64,000 nt of DNA from an uncultured Rhodospirillales bacterium (lineage in GTDB: Bacteria > Pseudomonadota > Alphaproteobacteria > RF32 > CAG-239): assembly GCA_902761715.1 (NCBI GenBank), contig CACWLK010000008.1, positions 8,307 through 72,306 on the forward strand, written 5' to 3'. Under the pieces are notes generated by a model. The model saw only the letters and a list, made by a program, of their open reading frames with translations. It made no database searches and was not told the origin of the DNA. The position numbers were made by a program, and so were the translations under genes. Shown piece by piece: positions 1 through 8,529 of the stretch. Within the stretch, counting starts at the first letter, position 1, and every line of letters begins with the position of its first letter.

Positions 1-103
1 TTTGGAGATCAAGCAGAAATAAGCTGTTAAGAAACAAGAAACATCTCATATATCTCATTATTTCTCTAAAAACCACACCCTTATCTTTTTTGAAAAATTT
101 CAT
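1..103 (-). CDS. hypothetical protein, N-terminal part only (runs off left edge)
   Basis: ATG at 103 with GGAAG a few nt upstream. Open for 34 codons to the window edge (MKFFKKDKGVVF...). My own translation; too short for the ORF track. Confidence 0.25.
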   Translation of the reverse strand, partial: MKFFKKDKGVVFREIMRYMRCFLFLNSLFLLDLQ

Positions 104-115
104 TTGTGCTTCCTA

Positions 116-541
116 TCAGTCGTCTACATTTTTCTTGTTCAAATTATCTGTTCTCATATTATCCCTGTGAATAATGTAATTTGAAATTCCATGATTGATT
201 ATTGAGCGTTCTAGCGGACGAGTTGTATTTCGACCAAACGTTCTCATGCCTGCATATGTTCCCAACATACCGCTAATTCCGCCTAGCGATACATCAACAG
301 CAACATCTTTAACATTGTTATTCTCATTATTACCATATCCGTCTAATGCCGACATTGCAATATTATTTTTATATATTTGTGATGATTTTACCCACCATGG
401 TGCAGTTTTAGAATATTTGAATAAGGGAACACGGTTAGCTATTGAACCAACTCCCTCCGCAATGCCATATGCAATTTGCCTTTGTATTGGGTGTTCTCCG
501 TTAAAAACACCTTGTAAATACTCATAACTTGTGTCAGGCAT
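116..541 (-). CDS. hypothetical protein (141 aa, Gly/Asn-rich)
   Basis: ORF 116..571. Start moved to ATG 541, which has GGAG ~7 nt upstream. No motif recognised. Confidence 0.5.
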   Translation of the reverse strand: MPDTSYEYLQGVFNGEHPIQRQIAYGIAEGVGSIANRVPLFKYSKTAPWWVKSSQIYKNNIAMSALDGYGNNENNNVKDVAVDVSLGGISGMLGTYAGMRTFGRNTTRPLERSIINHGISNYIIHRDNMRTDNLNKKNVDD

Positions 542-588
542 TTGTTTTCTCCAATAAAAAAACCGCCCCAAAGGACGGTTATTTTTAT

Positions 589-665
589 TGGTAGGCGCGC
601 AGGGATTCGAACCCTGGACCCACTGATTAAGAGTCAGTTGCTCTAGCCAACTGAGCTACGCACCC
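589..665 (-). tRNA. tRNA-Lys (anticodon CUU), CCA encoded
   Basis: The reverse complement folds as a cloverleaf: acceptor GGGTGCG/CGCGCCT, anticodon stem ACTGA/TCAGT with loop CTCTTAA, T-arm CAGGG-TTCGAAT-CCCTG, then A-CCA. Confidence 0.9.
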
Positions 666-772
666 ATAATCTACCTGTGCAGGAATATAGACTGCTAACT
701 TTTTTTTTGCAACAACTTTTTTATATTTTTTGCAAAATCGCACAAGATATGCCACGAATCGCACCGACAATA

Positions 773-3037
773 TCATATTACCAAACTGTTTATATTGCCT
801 TTAGCACAGTCCGTAACATCTTTGAAAGCACTTATTTGCTCAAAAATTTGCAGTACTTGTTGTGCAGAATAGTTTTTATAACAAAAATCAGCTCGCAAAA
901 AGTCGGCTTTGACCTCTCCAGCCTCAGCAGCAAAACACAGCGGGCGATCATCAAATACAAAAGTTTGACAATTTCGTGATAATGCCCAGTATGTTGTCTT
1001 TTCTTGATGAAGTTCAATCCAACGGCTACCCTTTGGGCATTGAGAACAGGGATTATCACGAATACACACCGCACTACTGAACAACGGCACATCGCTATAA
1101 ACCGGTAAAACGACCGGCAATGGCGACTCTTGCGCAACAGTACGCATATTATTTGATGTATCTTCAAAAGACAGGCAAACACGATTAGCACCTATCTCTT
1201 TGGCCATAGAGATTGCCTGAGTATTCAGCGTATAAAGGCTGGTATCAAAGCTCAAGTCTATCCCCTGCTCCGGCAATAAATCAAGCCCCCACCAGTTGCC
1301 GATAGTCCATTTTTTATATCCGGCAGACAGAAAAGCAGATATAGAATTTTTCCATGCAACAGCATCTCGAGCCAATGCCGGTAAAACTAATCTGACCTTA
1401 TTTTTGGGGAAATTGCTGATATCCGCAACCTTAGTTTCACGGCTGAGCAAAAATTCTATCTCAGCAAGTTTATCAAAGTCTAAGAGGGCTAAATTTTCGG
1501 CGTTGTCAGTACGGACTATCCATTTTGATTGTTGATGGGCACATGCTTTTATAGCCGGAGGCAAGTTGCCGTGTTTGCTGTCAAAACTGATTTTTGCATA
1601 TAACTTGCGGCGTAACTCATTGAACATTGAAGCCGGAACAAATAAGCCGTCAGGATTGATGAGGTGCAATTCTTTTAGGCTCAATTCGGTATCGCCGGTT
1701 TTATTAAAGGCTTTAGTGGCGGCATCATTAGTCTTGCCAGCATCTTCGGCTTTAGCAAAATTGCCTTCTATTTCGGCAGAGAAATTTCCGCAAAAAGCTG
1801 AAATGTTATCTGATGTTACTTTAACTTCAACTTCTATATCATGACGGCGAATGTATTCTCCGTCTTTGGGATGAGTGTAGTTATAGCCGCCTTTGACTTC
1901 GCTTGATGATGCAAGGTAGATGTTTTGTCCTTTAGCAATGTCCGGACTTTTCGGGGGCAAACTAATTGACACTTCGTCTTTGGCATTAGCCTCAAAAACT
2001 CTGCGCCCGTTGACAGACATATTTTGGATAGAAAAGCCAAAAGGTTTTTCCTGTCCGGCAATATCGATTTGCAGACCATCATGACGGGCAATTTTATGAT
2101 TGGGCTTAAAAATAAGCTTTCCGTTTACAATCTGTAGTACTTTGCCGATCGGAAGCCCGCGGTGGCCTACAAAGTCACGATCAACCACACTCTTGTCTTT
2201 GCCGTGAAGCATAAATTTGCACCAAGGACGTGAAAAAATTTGTTTGATGTTTTCTTCTTTTTGAGCAATGGCTCCCTTGCCGTCCAAAATGTTGCGGTAA
2301 TAATCAGTAACAGCAGCTACATATAATGCGTTCTTTTTACGCCCTTCAATTTTGAGCGATGTAACCGGCATTTTGCGGACTTCGTCCTGCAAAGCCATGT
2401 CTTTCATTGAAAAATAGTGTTTGTCACCGCTTTTGCCGCTGAAAACCGAACGGCAGGGATACAAACATTTGCCACGGTTGGCACTGCGTCCGCTTTCAAG
2501 AGATGAAAACATACATAATCCGCTGTATGAATAACAGAGTGCACCATGGATAAATGCCTCAGTTTCTAAGTTCGGAATTGAAGCGATATCCTTGATTTCG
2601 GCAAGAGAGAGCTCTCGTGCTAAAACAACACGCTTAAAGCCCAGCTTTTGCAAAGCTAGTGCGCCTTGTTTGTTATGAACAGCCATTTGAGTGCTGGCAT
2701 GCAATTCGAGTTCGGGATATTGGGATTTGATAATTCTCGCAACGCCTAAATCCTGCAAAATAATGCCGTCAACGCCGCAATTTGAACAAGTATCAAGGCT
2801 GTCAATCAGCGACGGCAATTCGTTTTCTTGCACAAGGGTGTTAATAGTTACATAGACACGACGTTTCAAATGATGAGCATAGCCGACAAAGTTATTGAGT
2901 TCCGCGGCATCAAAATTGGTAGCAGTGGCACGAGCAGAAAAATGCTTAAGCCCAAGATATACGGCATCTGCACCATAATAAAGGGCTGCATATCCGGCCT
3001 CAATATCACCGGCAGGGGCTAAAAGTTCGGTTTTCAT
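773..3037 (-). CDS. U32 family peptidase (long, 754 aa form)
   Basis: The N-terminus MKTELLAPAGD...ALYYGADAVYLG...FSARA is the typical U32 (YhbU/YegQ-like) signature. One long uninterrupted ORF. Confidence 0.8.
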   Translation of the reverse strand: MKTELLAPAGDIEAGYAALYYGADAVYLGLKHFSARATATNFDAAELNNFVGYAHHLKRRVYVTINTLVQENELPSLIDSLDTCSNCGVDGIILQDLGVARIIKSQYPELELHASTQMAVHNKQGALALQKLGFKRVVLARELSLAEIKDIASIPNLETEAFIHGALCYSYSGLCMFSSLESGRSANRGKCLYPCRSVFSGKSGDKHYFSMKDMALQDEVRKMPVTSLKIEGRKKNALYVAAVTDYYRNILDGKGAIAQKEENIKQIFSRPWCKFMLHGKDKSVVDRDFVGHRGLPIGKVLQIVNGKLIFKPNHKIARHDGLQIDIAGQEKPFGFSIQNMSVNGRRVFEANAKDEVSISLPPKSPDIAKGQNIYLASSSEVKGGYNYTHPKDGEYIRRHDIEVEVKVTSDNISAFCGNFSAEIEGNFAKAEDAGKTNDAATKAFNKTGDTELSLKELHLINPDGLFVPASMFNELRRKLYAKISFDSKHGNLPPAIKACAHQQSKWIVRTDNAENLALLDFDKLAEIEFLLSRETKVADISNFPKNKVRLVLPALARDAVAWKNSISAFLSAGYKKWTIGNWWGLDLLPEQGIDLSFDTSLYTLNTQAISMAKEIGANRVCLSFEDTSNNMRTVAQESPLPVVLPVYSDVPLFSSAVCIRDNPCSQCPKGSRWIELHQEKTTYWALSRNCQTFVFDDRPLCFAAEAGEVKADFLRADFCYKNYSAQQVLQIFEQISAFKDVTDCAKGNINSLVI

Positions 3038-3046
3038 GTCAACTTC

Positions 3047-4810
3047 CTATTTTATTTGACTGCGGTATAGTGAAGAATATACACCGTCTTCTTTGGCAAT
3101 GAGTTCTTCGTGAGTGCCTTCTTCAACAATCTCACCATAGTTAACGACGACAATACGGTCAGCATTGCGAACCGTGGACAAACGGTGGGCAATAATCAGC
3201 ACGGTACGATCTTTCATAAGGTTATCGATGGCCTGTTGAACCACCGCTTCTGATTTGTTATCCAAAGCAGATGTAGCCTCGTCCAAGATAACAATCGGAG
3301 CATTTTTGATAAAGGCACGAGCAATAGCTATACGCTGTTTTTGACCGCCGGAAAGCAGAACACCGCGCTCGCCGATTTGGGTATCAAGCCCTTTGTCGAG
3401 GCTTGATATAAACTCATCAAGGCAGGCAGATTTGACAGCGTAACTGATTTCTTCTTCAGTGGCGTCTTCTTTACCCAACAGAATATTATCACGGATTGAT
3501 CCATCAAACAAGAAATTGTCTTGGAATACAATAGCAATGTTGTCGCGCAACGAGTTGAGGTCATATCGGCGAATATCAACACCGTCAATTTGAACCTCTC
3601 CTGATTTGACATCATAAAAGCGTGGCAACAGGTTGACCAATGTGGTTTTACCACCGCCGGAATTGCCTACAAATGCGACAGTTTGTCCAACTTTGATTGA
3701 CAAGTTGATGTTTTTAAGAACCGGTTTGTTCTTTATGTAAGCAAAAGATACGTTCTTGTAGTCAATGCTGTTCTTAACTTTGTTGAGCATAATCGGTTTT
3801 TCACAATTGTGAATTGCCGGCACACGTTCAAGTTGGGAAAAAATGCGCTCCATTGCCATTAAAGACATTTGGACGTTGTTATAGTTGTTACCGATTGATT
3901 TAATCGGATTGTACAACATGATTAAGGCGGTAATAAATGAAACAAAGTTACCGGCGGTAATTTCCTGATGGACAATCAAATAGCTGCCCGTCCAGATGAC
4001 CAATGCAATACCGAGAGAGACAATAAAGTGCATCAGTGGCGACATCATACCGGTACGCTGAACCATTTTAATACCGAGTTTAAAAACCTGTTTTAGTGTG
4101 GCATGAAAACGCTTACGTTGGTAGTCATATAAATTATATGAAGCGATAATACGGTTGCCGTTGTATGTCTCGTTATAGTGGCTCATTACTGCCGCACCGG
4201 AAAAGATGGTCTTGTCCATTACAGATTTGATACGACGACGCACGGTCGTCAACGGGTATAATGCGCCAAATAAGATGACTACAGCAATCAATGCCAATTG
4301 CCATGTATTGTAGAACAAAACGGCAATCAACGAGACTGAGGAGAAAACTCGGGTAGTAAACAGCTTAAGATTGGCGAGCAAGCCGTTACATGCCGTGTCA
4401 ACATCGTGATTATAACGCATCATGACATTACCGGAAGTGGTGGTATCAAAATAGCTGGCTTCGTTCAACATCAATTTGTCAAACAAATCCATTTTGACAT
4501 CATTGGCAATTTTGCGCCCTACCCAAGTGTTAAGATATGTTGCGGCATAGTTCAGCGAGCTTTGCAGGCAGCTGAATACAATAATCAGCAACGGAATATA
4601 GTTGGCAACATTGGTTGATTTTTCGACCATGACCACATCCATGTATGGCTTGAGCGACCAAGCAATGACCGCATCCATAGAGCCGATCGGTATGGTAATC
4701 AAAACCGAAATAAGACCGCGAAACCAATATGGTTTTACGTATGGAAAAATCTTGCGATAGTTAACCACAAGGTTTGTCGACATAATTTTTTGTATAAGTT
4801 TCTTGAACAT
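3047..4810 (-). CDS. ABC transporter, fused permease/ATPase (MsbA-like exporter)
   Basis: Six-TM N-terminal half. Walker A GNSGGGKTT, signature LSGGQKQR, Walker B ILDEATSALD. Confidence 0.85.
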   Translation of the reverse strand: MFKKLIQKIMSTNLVVNYRKIFPYVKPYWFRGLISVLITIPIGSMDAVIAWSLKPYMDVVMVEKSTNVANYIPLLIIVFSCLQSSLNYAATYLNTWVGRKIANDVKMDLFDKLMLNEASYFDTTTSGNVMMRYNHDVDTACNGLLANLKLFTTRVFSSVSLIAVLFYNTWQLALIAVVILFGALYPLTTVRRRIKSVMDKTIFSGAAVMSHYNETYNGNRIIASYNLYDYQRKRFHATLKQVFKLGIKMVQRTGMMSPLMHFIVSLGIALVIWTGSYLIVHQEITAGNFVSFITALIMLYNPIKSIGNNYNNVQMSLMAMERIFSQLERVPAIHNCEKPIMLNKVKNSIDYKNVSFAYIKNKPVLKNINLSIKVGQTVAFVGNSGGGKTTLVNLLPRFYDVKSGEVQIDGVDIRRYDLNSLRDNIAIVFQDNFLFDGSIRDNILLGKEDATEEEISYAVKSACLDEFISSLDKGLDTQIGERGVLLSGGQKQRIAIARAFIKNAPIVILDEATSALDNKSEAVVQQAIDNLMKDRTVLIIAHRLSTVRNADRIVVVNYGEIVEEGTHEELIAKEDGVYSSLYRSQIK

Positions 4811-4884
4811 TACTTTCTTCGTTAAAGTTAATTATGCCGCGATGTTAGCTGATTTTATGCGGTTTGCCAAGTAATTTTATCAAT

Positions 4885-5112
4885 TTATTTACAAAGCTCC
4901 AGTTCTTGCCGAAGTTTATCTATGCGAGCCAGCCACTCCCAGAAGGCCGAAGCACGGTTATACTCAATGTTTTCAAGCTCAGTGGCGACTTTAGGACCGG
5001 CAACGGGATAAACAGGGCAATACTCATAGTTGGTTTTGGCGCATGAGCTCAAGCAAAGTATTACGCCCGGCATGAGGGCTGGAATATATAGCAGACTTTT
5101 TCTTTTCAACAT
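4885..5112 (-). CDS. putative o-spanin (Rz1-like lipoprotein)
   Basis: Signal peptide ending in lipobox LSSC. 75 aa. Overlaps the preceding TM-protein gene out of frame at the distal end of the lysis cassette. Confidence 0.55.
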   Translation of the reverse strand: MLKRKSLLYIPALMPGVILCLSSCAKTNYEYCPVYPVAGPKVATELENIEYNRASAFWEWLARIDKLRQELELCK

Positions 5113-5230
5113 ATTTAATAACCTCTACTTGTTTGGTTACTATTTCGGTACGGGCATGGGAACGCCCAAGCAGGTACGAGAAAACGCATAAAATTACACA
5201 TAAACACCCGATTATTGATGATTTTGCCAT
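5024..5230 (-). CDS. putative i-spanin (Rz-like, N-terminal TM)
   Basis: 68 aa with an N-terminal TM helix (IIGCLCVILCVFSYLL) followed by a charged helical segment. Overlapped arrangement with the lipoprotein ORF. Confidence 0.45.
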   Translation of the reverse strand: MAKSSIIGCLCVILCVFSYLLGRSHARTEIVTKQVEVIKYVEKKKSAIYSSPHAGRNTLLELMRQNQL

Positions 5231-5374
5231 TTACCAAAGCTCCTTGACATTGATGCCCAACGCAAACATTACGGCTATTATGCCCCATAAAAGCCAATAT
5301 ATTTTGCGATGACGTAACGCCATACGTAAAAGCCATTTCAGAAAACGATAGCGACAATTTTTATGATCTTCCAT
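5231..5374 (-). CDS. small single-TM protein (47 aa), possible holin/antiholin or lysis regulator
   Basis: My own translation: MEDHKNCRYRFLKWLLRMALRHRKIYWLLWGIIAVMFALGINVKELW. GGAG lies 7 nt upstream of the ATG, and its stop abuts the next ATG (TAAATG). Below the ORF-track cutoff. Confidence 0.45.
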   Translation of the reverse strand: MEDHKNCRYRFLKWLLRMALRHRKIYWLLWGIIAVMFALGINVKELW

Positions 5375-5386
5375 TTCAATCTCCGA

Positions 5387-5827
5387 TTATTTAATATCGT
5401 TATAAAACAAATGGTGGGTGGTCTCATAGCAAGGGCTATGGTGTTTTGCCCATTCGGGAAAAATATTGCGAGTGTGATAAAAGGTGGCATTATTGGTAAA
5501 ATCAGGCAGTTTTCCGCTGATAACACGGGCGGCAATTTCCTTACACAAGCAAAATGTTTTGTCGGTATCGGTCAACCGCAAAACCTTGGAAAAATTCGGA
5601 TCATGATGGTTCCAACAACTGAATTGATACTTTTTCAGGCAGGTTTGTTTGATGTCAGGAATTTTAATACCGTTGTCGAGCCGATAACCGGTAAACCATT
5701 TGCGGGCATAAAAGCGGTTGATAATAACACGAGCAACCGCCTCCATGCCCTCTGTGCCATCACCTCGAGCCTCACCCCAAATTGTGGCAGCCATAACATG
5801 CAAATCGTCCCAGTCATCAGGAGACAT
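5387..5827 (-). CDS. endolysin, SleB-type cell wall hydrolase domain
   Basis: AATIWGEARGDGTEGMEAVARVIINR is the characteristic cell-wall hydrolase (SleB/Hydrolase_2) motif. Sits in the lysis cassette. Confidence 0.8.
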   Translation of the reverse strand: MSPDDWDDLHVMAATIWGEARGDGTEGMEAVARVIINRFYARKWFTGYRLDNGIKIPDIKQTCLKKYQFSCWNHHDPNFSKVLRLTDTDKTFCLCKEIAARVISGKLPDFTNNATFYHTRNIFPEWAKHHSPCYETTHHLFYNDIK

Positions 5828-6101
5828 GCTTGCCTCCCTTGTGTTTACAATTTAACAAAAGATCAAGTTTGGTTTCAAAGCTGTCAAATTTGCTTTCTAA
5901 TTTTGCCAACATTATGTTTTGTTGGTTTTGCATCATGATTGCCGAAGCAGTTTCTTTATCAGCTTTATCTATGCGTTGCAAAACACCTTCCATACGTTCC
6001 TCAAGCCGACCTTTCCAAGAACCTAATTTAACCAAATTCCAAATCATTCCGGTCAACGCAGCCATGCCGGATATGCCGCCGATTGTGTTGATAAAATCCA
6101 T
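5817..6101 (-). CDS. holin-like protein (one N-terminal TM plus coiled coil)
   Basis: ORF 5817..6152. Start moved to ATG 6101 (GGAGGT 4 nt upstream). TM segment GGISGMAALTGMIWNLV. Lies immediately upstream of the endolysin. Confidence 0.4.
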   Translation of the reverse strand: MDFINTIGGISGMAALTGMIWNLVKLGSWKGRLEERMEGVLQRIDKADKETASAIMMQNQQNIMLAKLESKFDSFETKLDLLLNCKHKGGKHVS

Positions 6102-6141
6102 AATTACCTCCAATAAAAAAGGGGCAACGAATGCCCCTTTG

Positions 6142-6831
6142 TCAAAAACCAATTGCTAACCAATGCCATGTGCCGAGATCGTTACTGCCAACCGTAAAAT
6201 CAGTTAAAGAGTGATCCAGCACAGAGGCGGTGGAATATGTAATGGGCGGAGTGGAACCGACAGAATGTGTCAGTGAAATGCAATACGAGTTGCTCGTAAA
6301 CGGAATTTCAAACGTACAGGTTTCTCCGGCACTGTCGCTGAGTTCGATTGTTCCCCACTGCATAAGCAGTCCGCCGGCAAATTTGATATGATTGGTCCCT
6401 TGACTGACGATGTTGCCTCCGTTGATAAAAGCTGTGGTAGCAACATTGGGGGATAAGTCATCCGATGCCGGAGTTACGGCTTGTAGCGTGCCTTCAAAGA
6501 TTTTGTCGCCGACAATGGTTTGTTCGGTATCAAGTGTCATGTAAGTTTGGTCATATGCCTCAATAACGGCATTGATGTTATCAATTCCGTCCTGCACGGC
6601 ATTATTAATTGAGGTAATTGACTGTGTGGTTTCAATATCTATTACCTGCTTTTGATCATTTACATAGTCGGATAAATCAGGTTTGCTGACCGAGGCCACA
6701 TGGTCATCTATCTCACTTTTTCCGTATTTTACATATTTCAAATCAGCCGTGGTATTGAGAGCGGCTTCGTCCTGAAAGCAGACATTAAGATCTTTAGAGG
6801 CATAATTTTCAAAAATGTTTATCTCTGTCAT
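6142..6831 (-). CDS. tail fibre protein
   Basis: Start ATG 6831 (MTEINIF...). The C-terminal segment ...KFAGGLLMQWGTIEL...FEIPF... resembles the short C-terminal domain common in phage tail fibres. Position is distal in the tail module. Confidence 0.55.
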   Translation of the reverse strand: MTEINIFENYASKDLNVCFQDEAALNTTADLKYVKYGKSEIDDHVASVSKPDLSDYVNDQKQVIDIETTQSITSINNAVQDGIDNINAVIEAYDQTYMTLDTEQTIVGDKIFEGTLQAVTPASDDLSPNVATTAFINGGNIVSQGTNHIKFAGGLLMQWGTIELSDSAGETCTFEIPFTSNSYCISLTHSVGSTPPITYSTASVLDHSLTDFTVGSNDLGTWHWLAIGF

Positions 6832-6832
6832 T

Positions 6833-7180
6833 TTACACTCCTTCGCTAATTCGGAGCAATGCATTATGGCTGATATCCTGCGGAAAAACAGTATGAACAT
6901 CGCCGTTGGCAAAAATTATTTTGATGTTTGCCTCATATGTACCGACATCAAGGCTTGAGTGTTGAGGGGTTATTTTGATAACGGCCTGCCCCTGCAGTGC
7001 ATCAATAATCTCTCCGTTGATGTGCAAAATGGTGTTTTCTTCATTGTCTTTGGCATCAAGAAAAATCTGTGATCCCGAAATATCCAACGGTGTCCCGTCT
7101 TTATGCTTAAAACGCATGGCTATGTCAAAGCTGTCGCCCTGACGAACCAGAATTCCGTCGGGTGTCATGGTTCCTGTCAT
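6833..7180 (-). CDS. phage structural protein, beta-rich (115 aa)
   Basis: Start ATG 7180 with AAGGAG 7 nt upstream. Lies between the two fibre genes. Confidence 0.45.
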   Translation of the reverse strand: MTGTMTPDGILVRQGDSFDIAMRFKHKDGTPLDISGSQIFLDAKDNEENTILHINGEIIDALQGQAVIKITPQHSSLDVGTYEANIKIIFANGDVHTVFPQDISHNALLRISEGV

Positions 7181-7184
7181 GATA

Positions 7185-8090
7185 TTACTCCTTATGCGGC
7201 ATTTTACAAGCAATGTCATAACGCAGTAACAGATAGCCGTTTTCGTCCTCAAAAACAGCTTCCGGATTAATCTGCATGACTTCTTGAGCAAGCAATCCGA
7301 TTTGCGGGGTCGGATTGTTTTTGAAATTAAAACAATAAACGGTCAGACCATTATCTAGTTTGCCCACAGGATTGATGTTTTCTTTAAGGCGAACATCAGA
7401 AAACAACATCAGACCGACCTGAGCAGCTGTACCCAGGGCATCACGACCTGATTGAATTTGGGCATCAGTATTGCTTTGTTTGTTGGCGGCAATACGGCTG
7501 TCAGCACCATGGCGAATATTATAAATATTCATGGCATTATCGTAACCGGAATGACCAAGTTGCAACTGAGAAATAATTTGACTGAGATAATTGTTTTTGG
7601 CAGCATTGCCAAAATTGGCCGACAGTGCAGAATTGTTCAGGCTTTGACTAAAAGCATTTTGACCGTTCAGAACAGATTGATATGCCGCCTGATTGTAGGC
7701 GTTGTTTTGAGTGTTTTGCAAATTGCTCATAGCTCGGTTATATGCATCACTACCGACCGTTATACCCTGATTTTGAAGACGGGTTTCAAGATCATCGGTT
7801 TGTTGGGCAAATTGTGGTCTGAGACGGTCAGTATAGGCCTGATAGGTAGCATTTTCAGCACGTATGCGAGCCTCATCAGAGCCGTCTATGTTATAAGTAT
7901 AGTCTCCGCTGTTGCTTAAATTGCGACTCATACTATAGGCATTATTGAGCAAATTTTGGACAGTATTATCATAGTTGGTAGTATTATAATTTTGCAAATA
8001 ATTAAGTATATTGCTTTCTGATTGGTAGGGAGATGTGCTGGCATTTCCGGCACCTAATAGTTTTCCTACCGCTTTGAATCCGCTAGACAT
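7185..8090 (-). CDS. tail fibre/spike with C-terminal S74 intramolecular-chaperone domain
   Basis: The C-terminus FSDVRLKENINPVGKLDNGLTVYCFNFK...IGLLAQEVMQINPEAV matches the SDxRxK autoproteolytic chaperone domain of endosialidase-type fibres. Start ATG 8090 follows AGGAG. Confidence 0.7.
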   Translation of the reverse strand: MSSGFKAVGKLLGAGNASTSPYQSESNILNYLQNYNTTNYDNTVQNLLNNAYSMSRNLSNSGDYTYNIDGSDEARIRAENATYQAYTDRLRPQFAQQTDDLETRLQNQGITVGSDAYNRAMSNLQNTQNNAYNQAAYQSVLNGQNAFSQSLNNSALSANFGNAAKNNYLSQIISQLQLGHSGYDNAMNIYNIRHGADSRIAANKQSNTDAQIQSGRDALGTAAQVGLMLFSDVRLKENINPVGKLDNGLTVYCFNFKNNPTPQIGLLAQEVMQINPEAVFEDENGYLLLRYDIACKMPHKE

Positions 8091-8529
8091 GATTTTCTCC
8101 TGTTGTTTGATGATTGATAAATTTACATTCTGAAGCCAACATGCCCAGTACAAGAGCATCTTGACCGGTTGAATAATATTTGCGCATTTTGCCCTCTATG
8201 ACAAAACCGCATCTTGTCGCTAACGAAATTGAGGCATGATTATCCGAACATATAAGTGCATTGAGACGTCGGCATTTGAGAGCATTGAAGGCAACTCCGA
8301 AAATTTGTTTTAAACAAATCTTCGTGCACCAATGTTTGTCCGTCGTATAAATGCTTATCCATGCTGAATCATCGGGAACATAACCGCTAAAAGTTATACC
8401 GCCGATAATTTTGTTGTTGTGCCTGATGGCAAAAGAAAAACCCGAGGATAATTCGTCGGGTTCAAGCCTTAAACCGTCAGCAACCCAGCGTGCTGTTGCA
8501 TCGCTGTTATCATAAATTAAGTCAGACAA
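8083..8529 (-). CDS. GNAT family N-acetyltransferase (phage-borne)
   Basis: The C-terminal half (...FNALKCRRLNALICSDNHASISLATRCGFVIEGKMRKYY...) is GNAT/RimJ-like. No in-frame ATG lies downstream of the upstream gene. I propose TTG at 8529, overlapping that gene's stop (ATTGTCTGA), with AGGGAG 6 nt upstream. Confidence 0.6.
   Translation of the reverse strand: MSDLIYDNSDATARWVADGLRLEPDELSSGFSFAIRHNNKIIGGITFSGYVPDDSAWISIYTTDKHWCTKICLKQIFGVAFNALKCRRLNALICSDNHASISLATRCGFVIEGKMRKYYSTGQDALVLGMLASECKFINHQTTGENHV

Noticed and set aside
4840-4850. CGATGTTAGCT at the left prophage border resembles CGATGTTGAGCT at 20117-20128 near the right border. I considered it as a possible att core.
   Set aside because: It is only an 11/12-nt match with a gap. 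The right copy lies inside the coding sequence of the neighbouring host gene. This is compatible with chance.
5363-5938. 191-aa plus-strand ORF across the endolysin/holin region. Similar shadow ORFs occur at 23164-23718, 54583-55110, 39141-39605 and 49026-49373.
   Set aside because: All are antisense to better-supported genes, lack RBS signals and have implausible composition.
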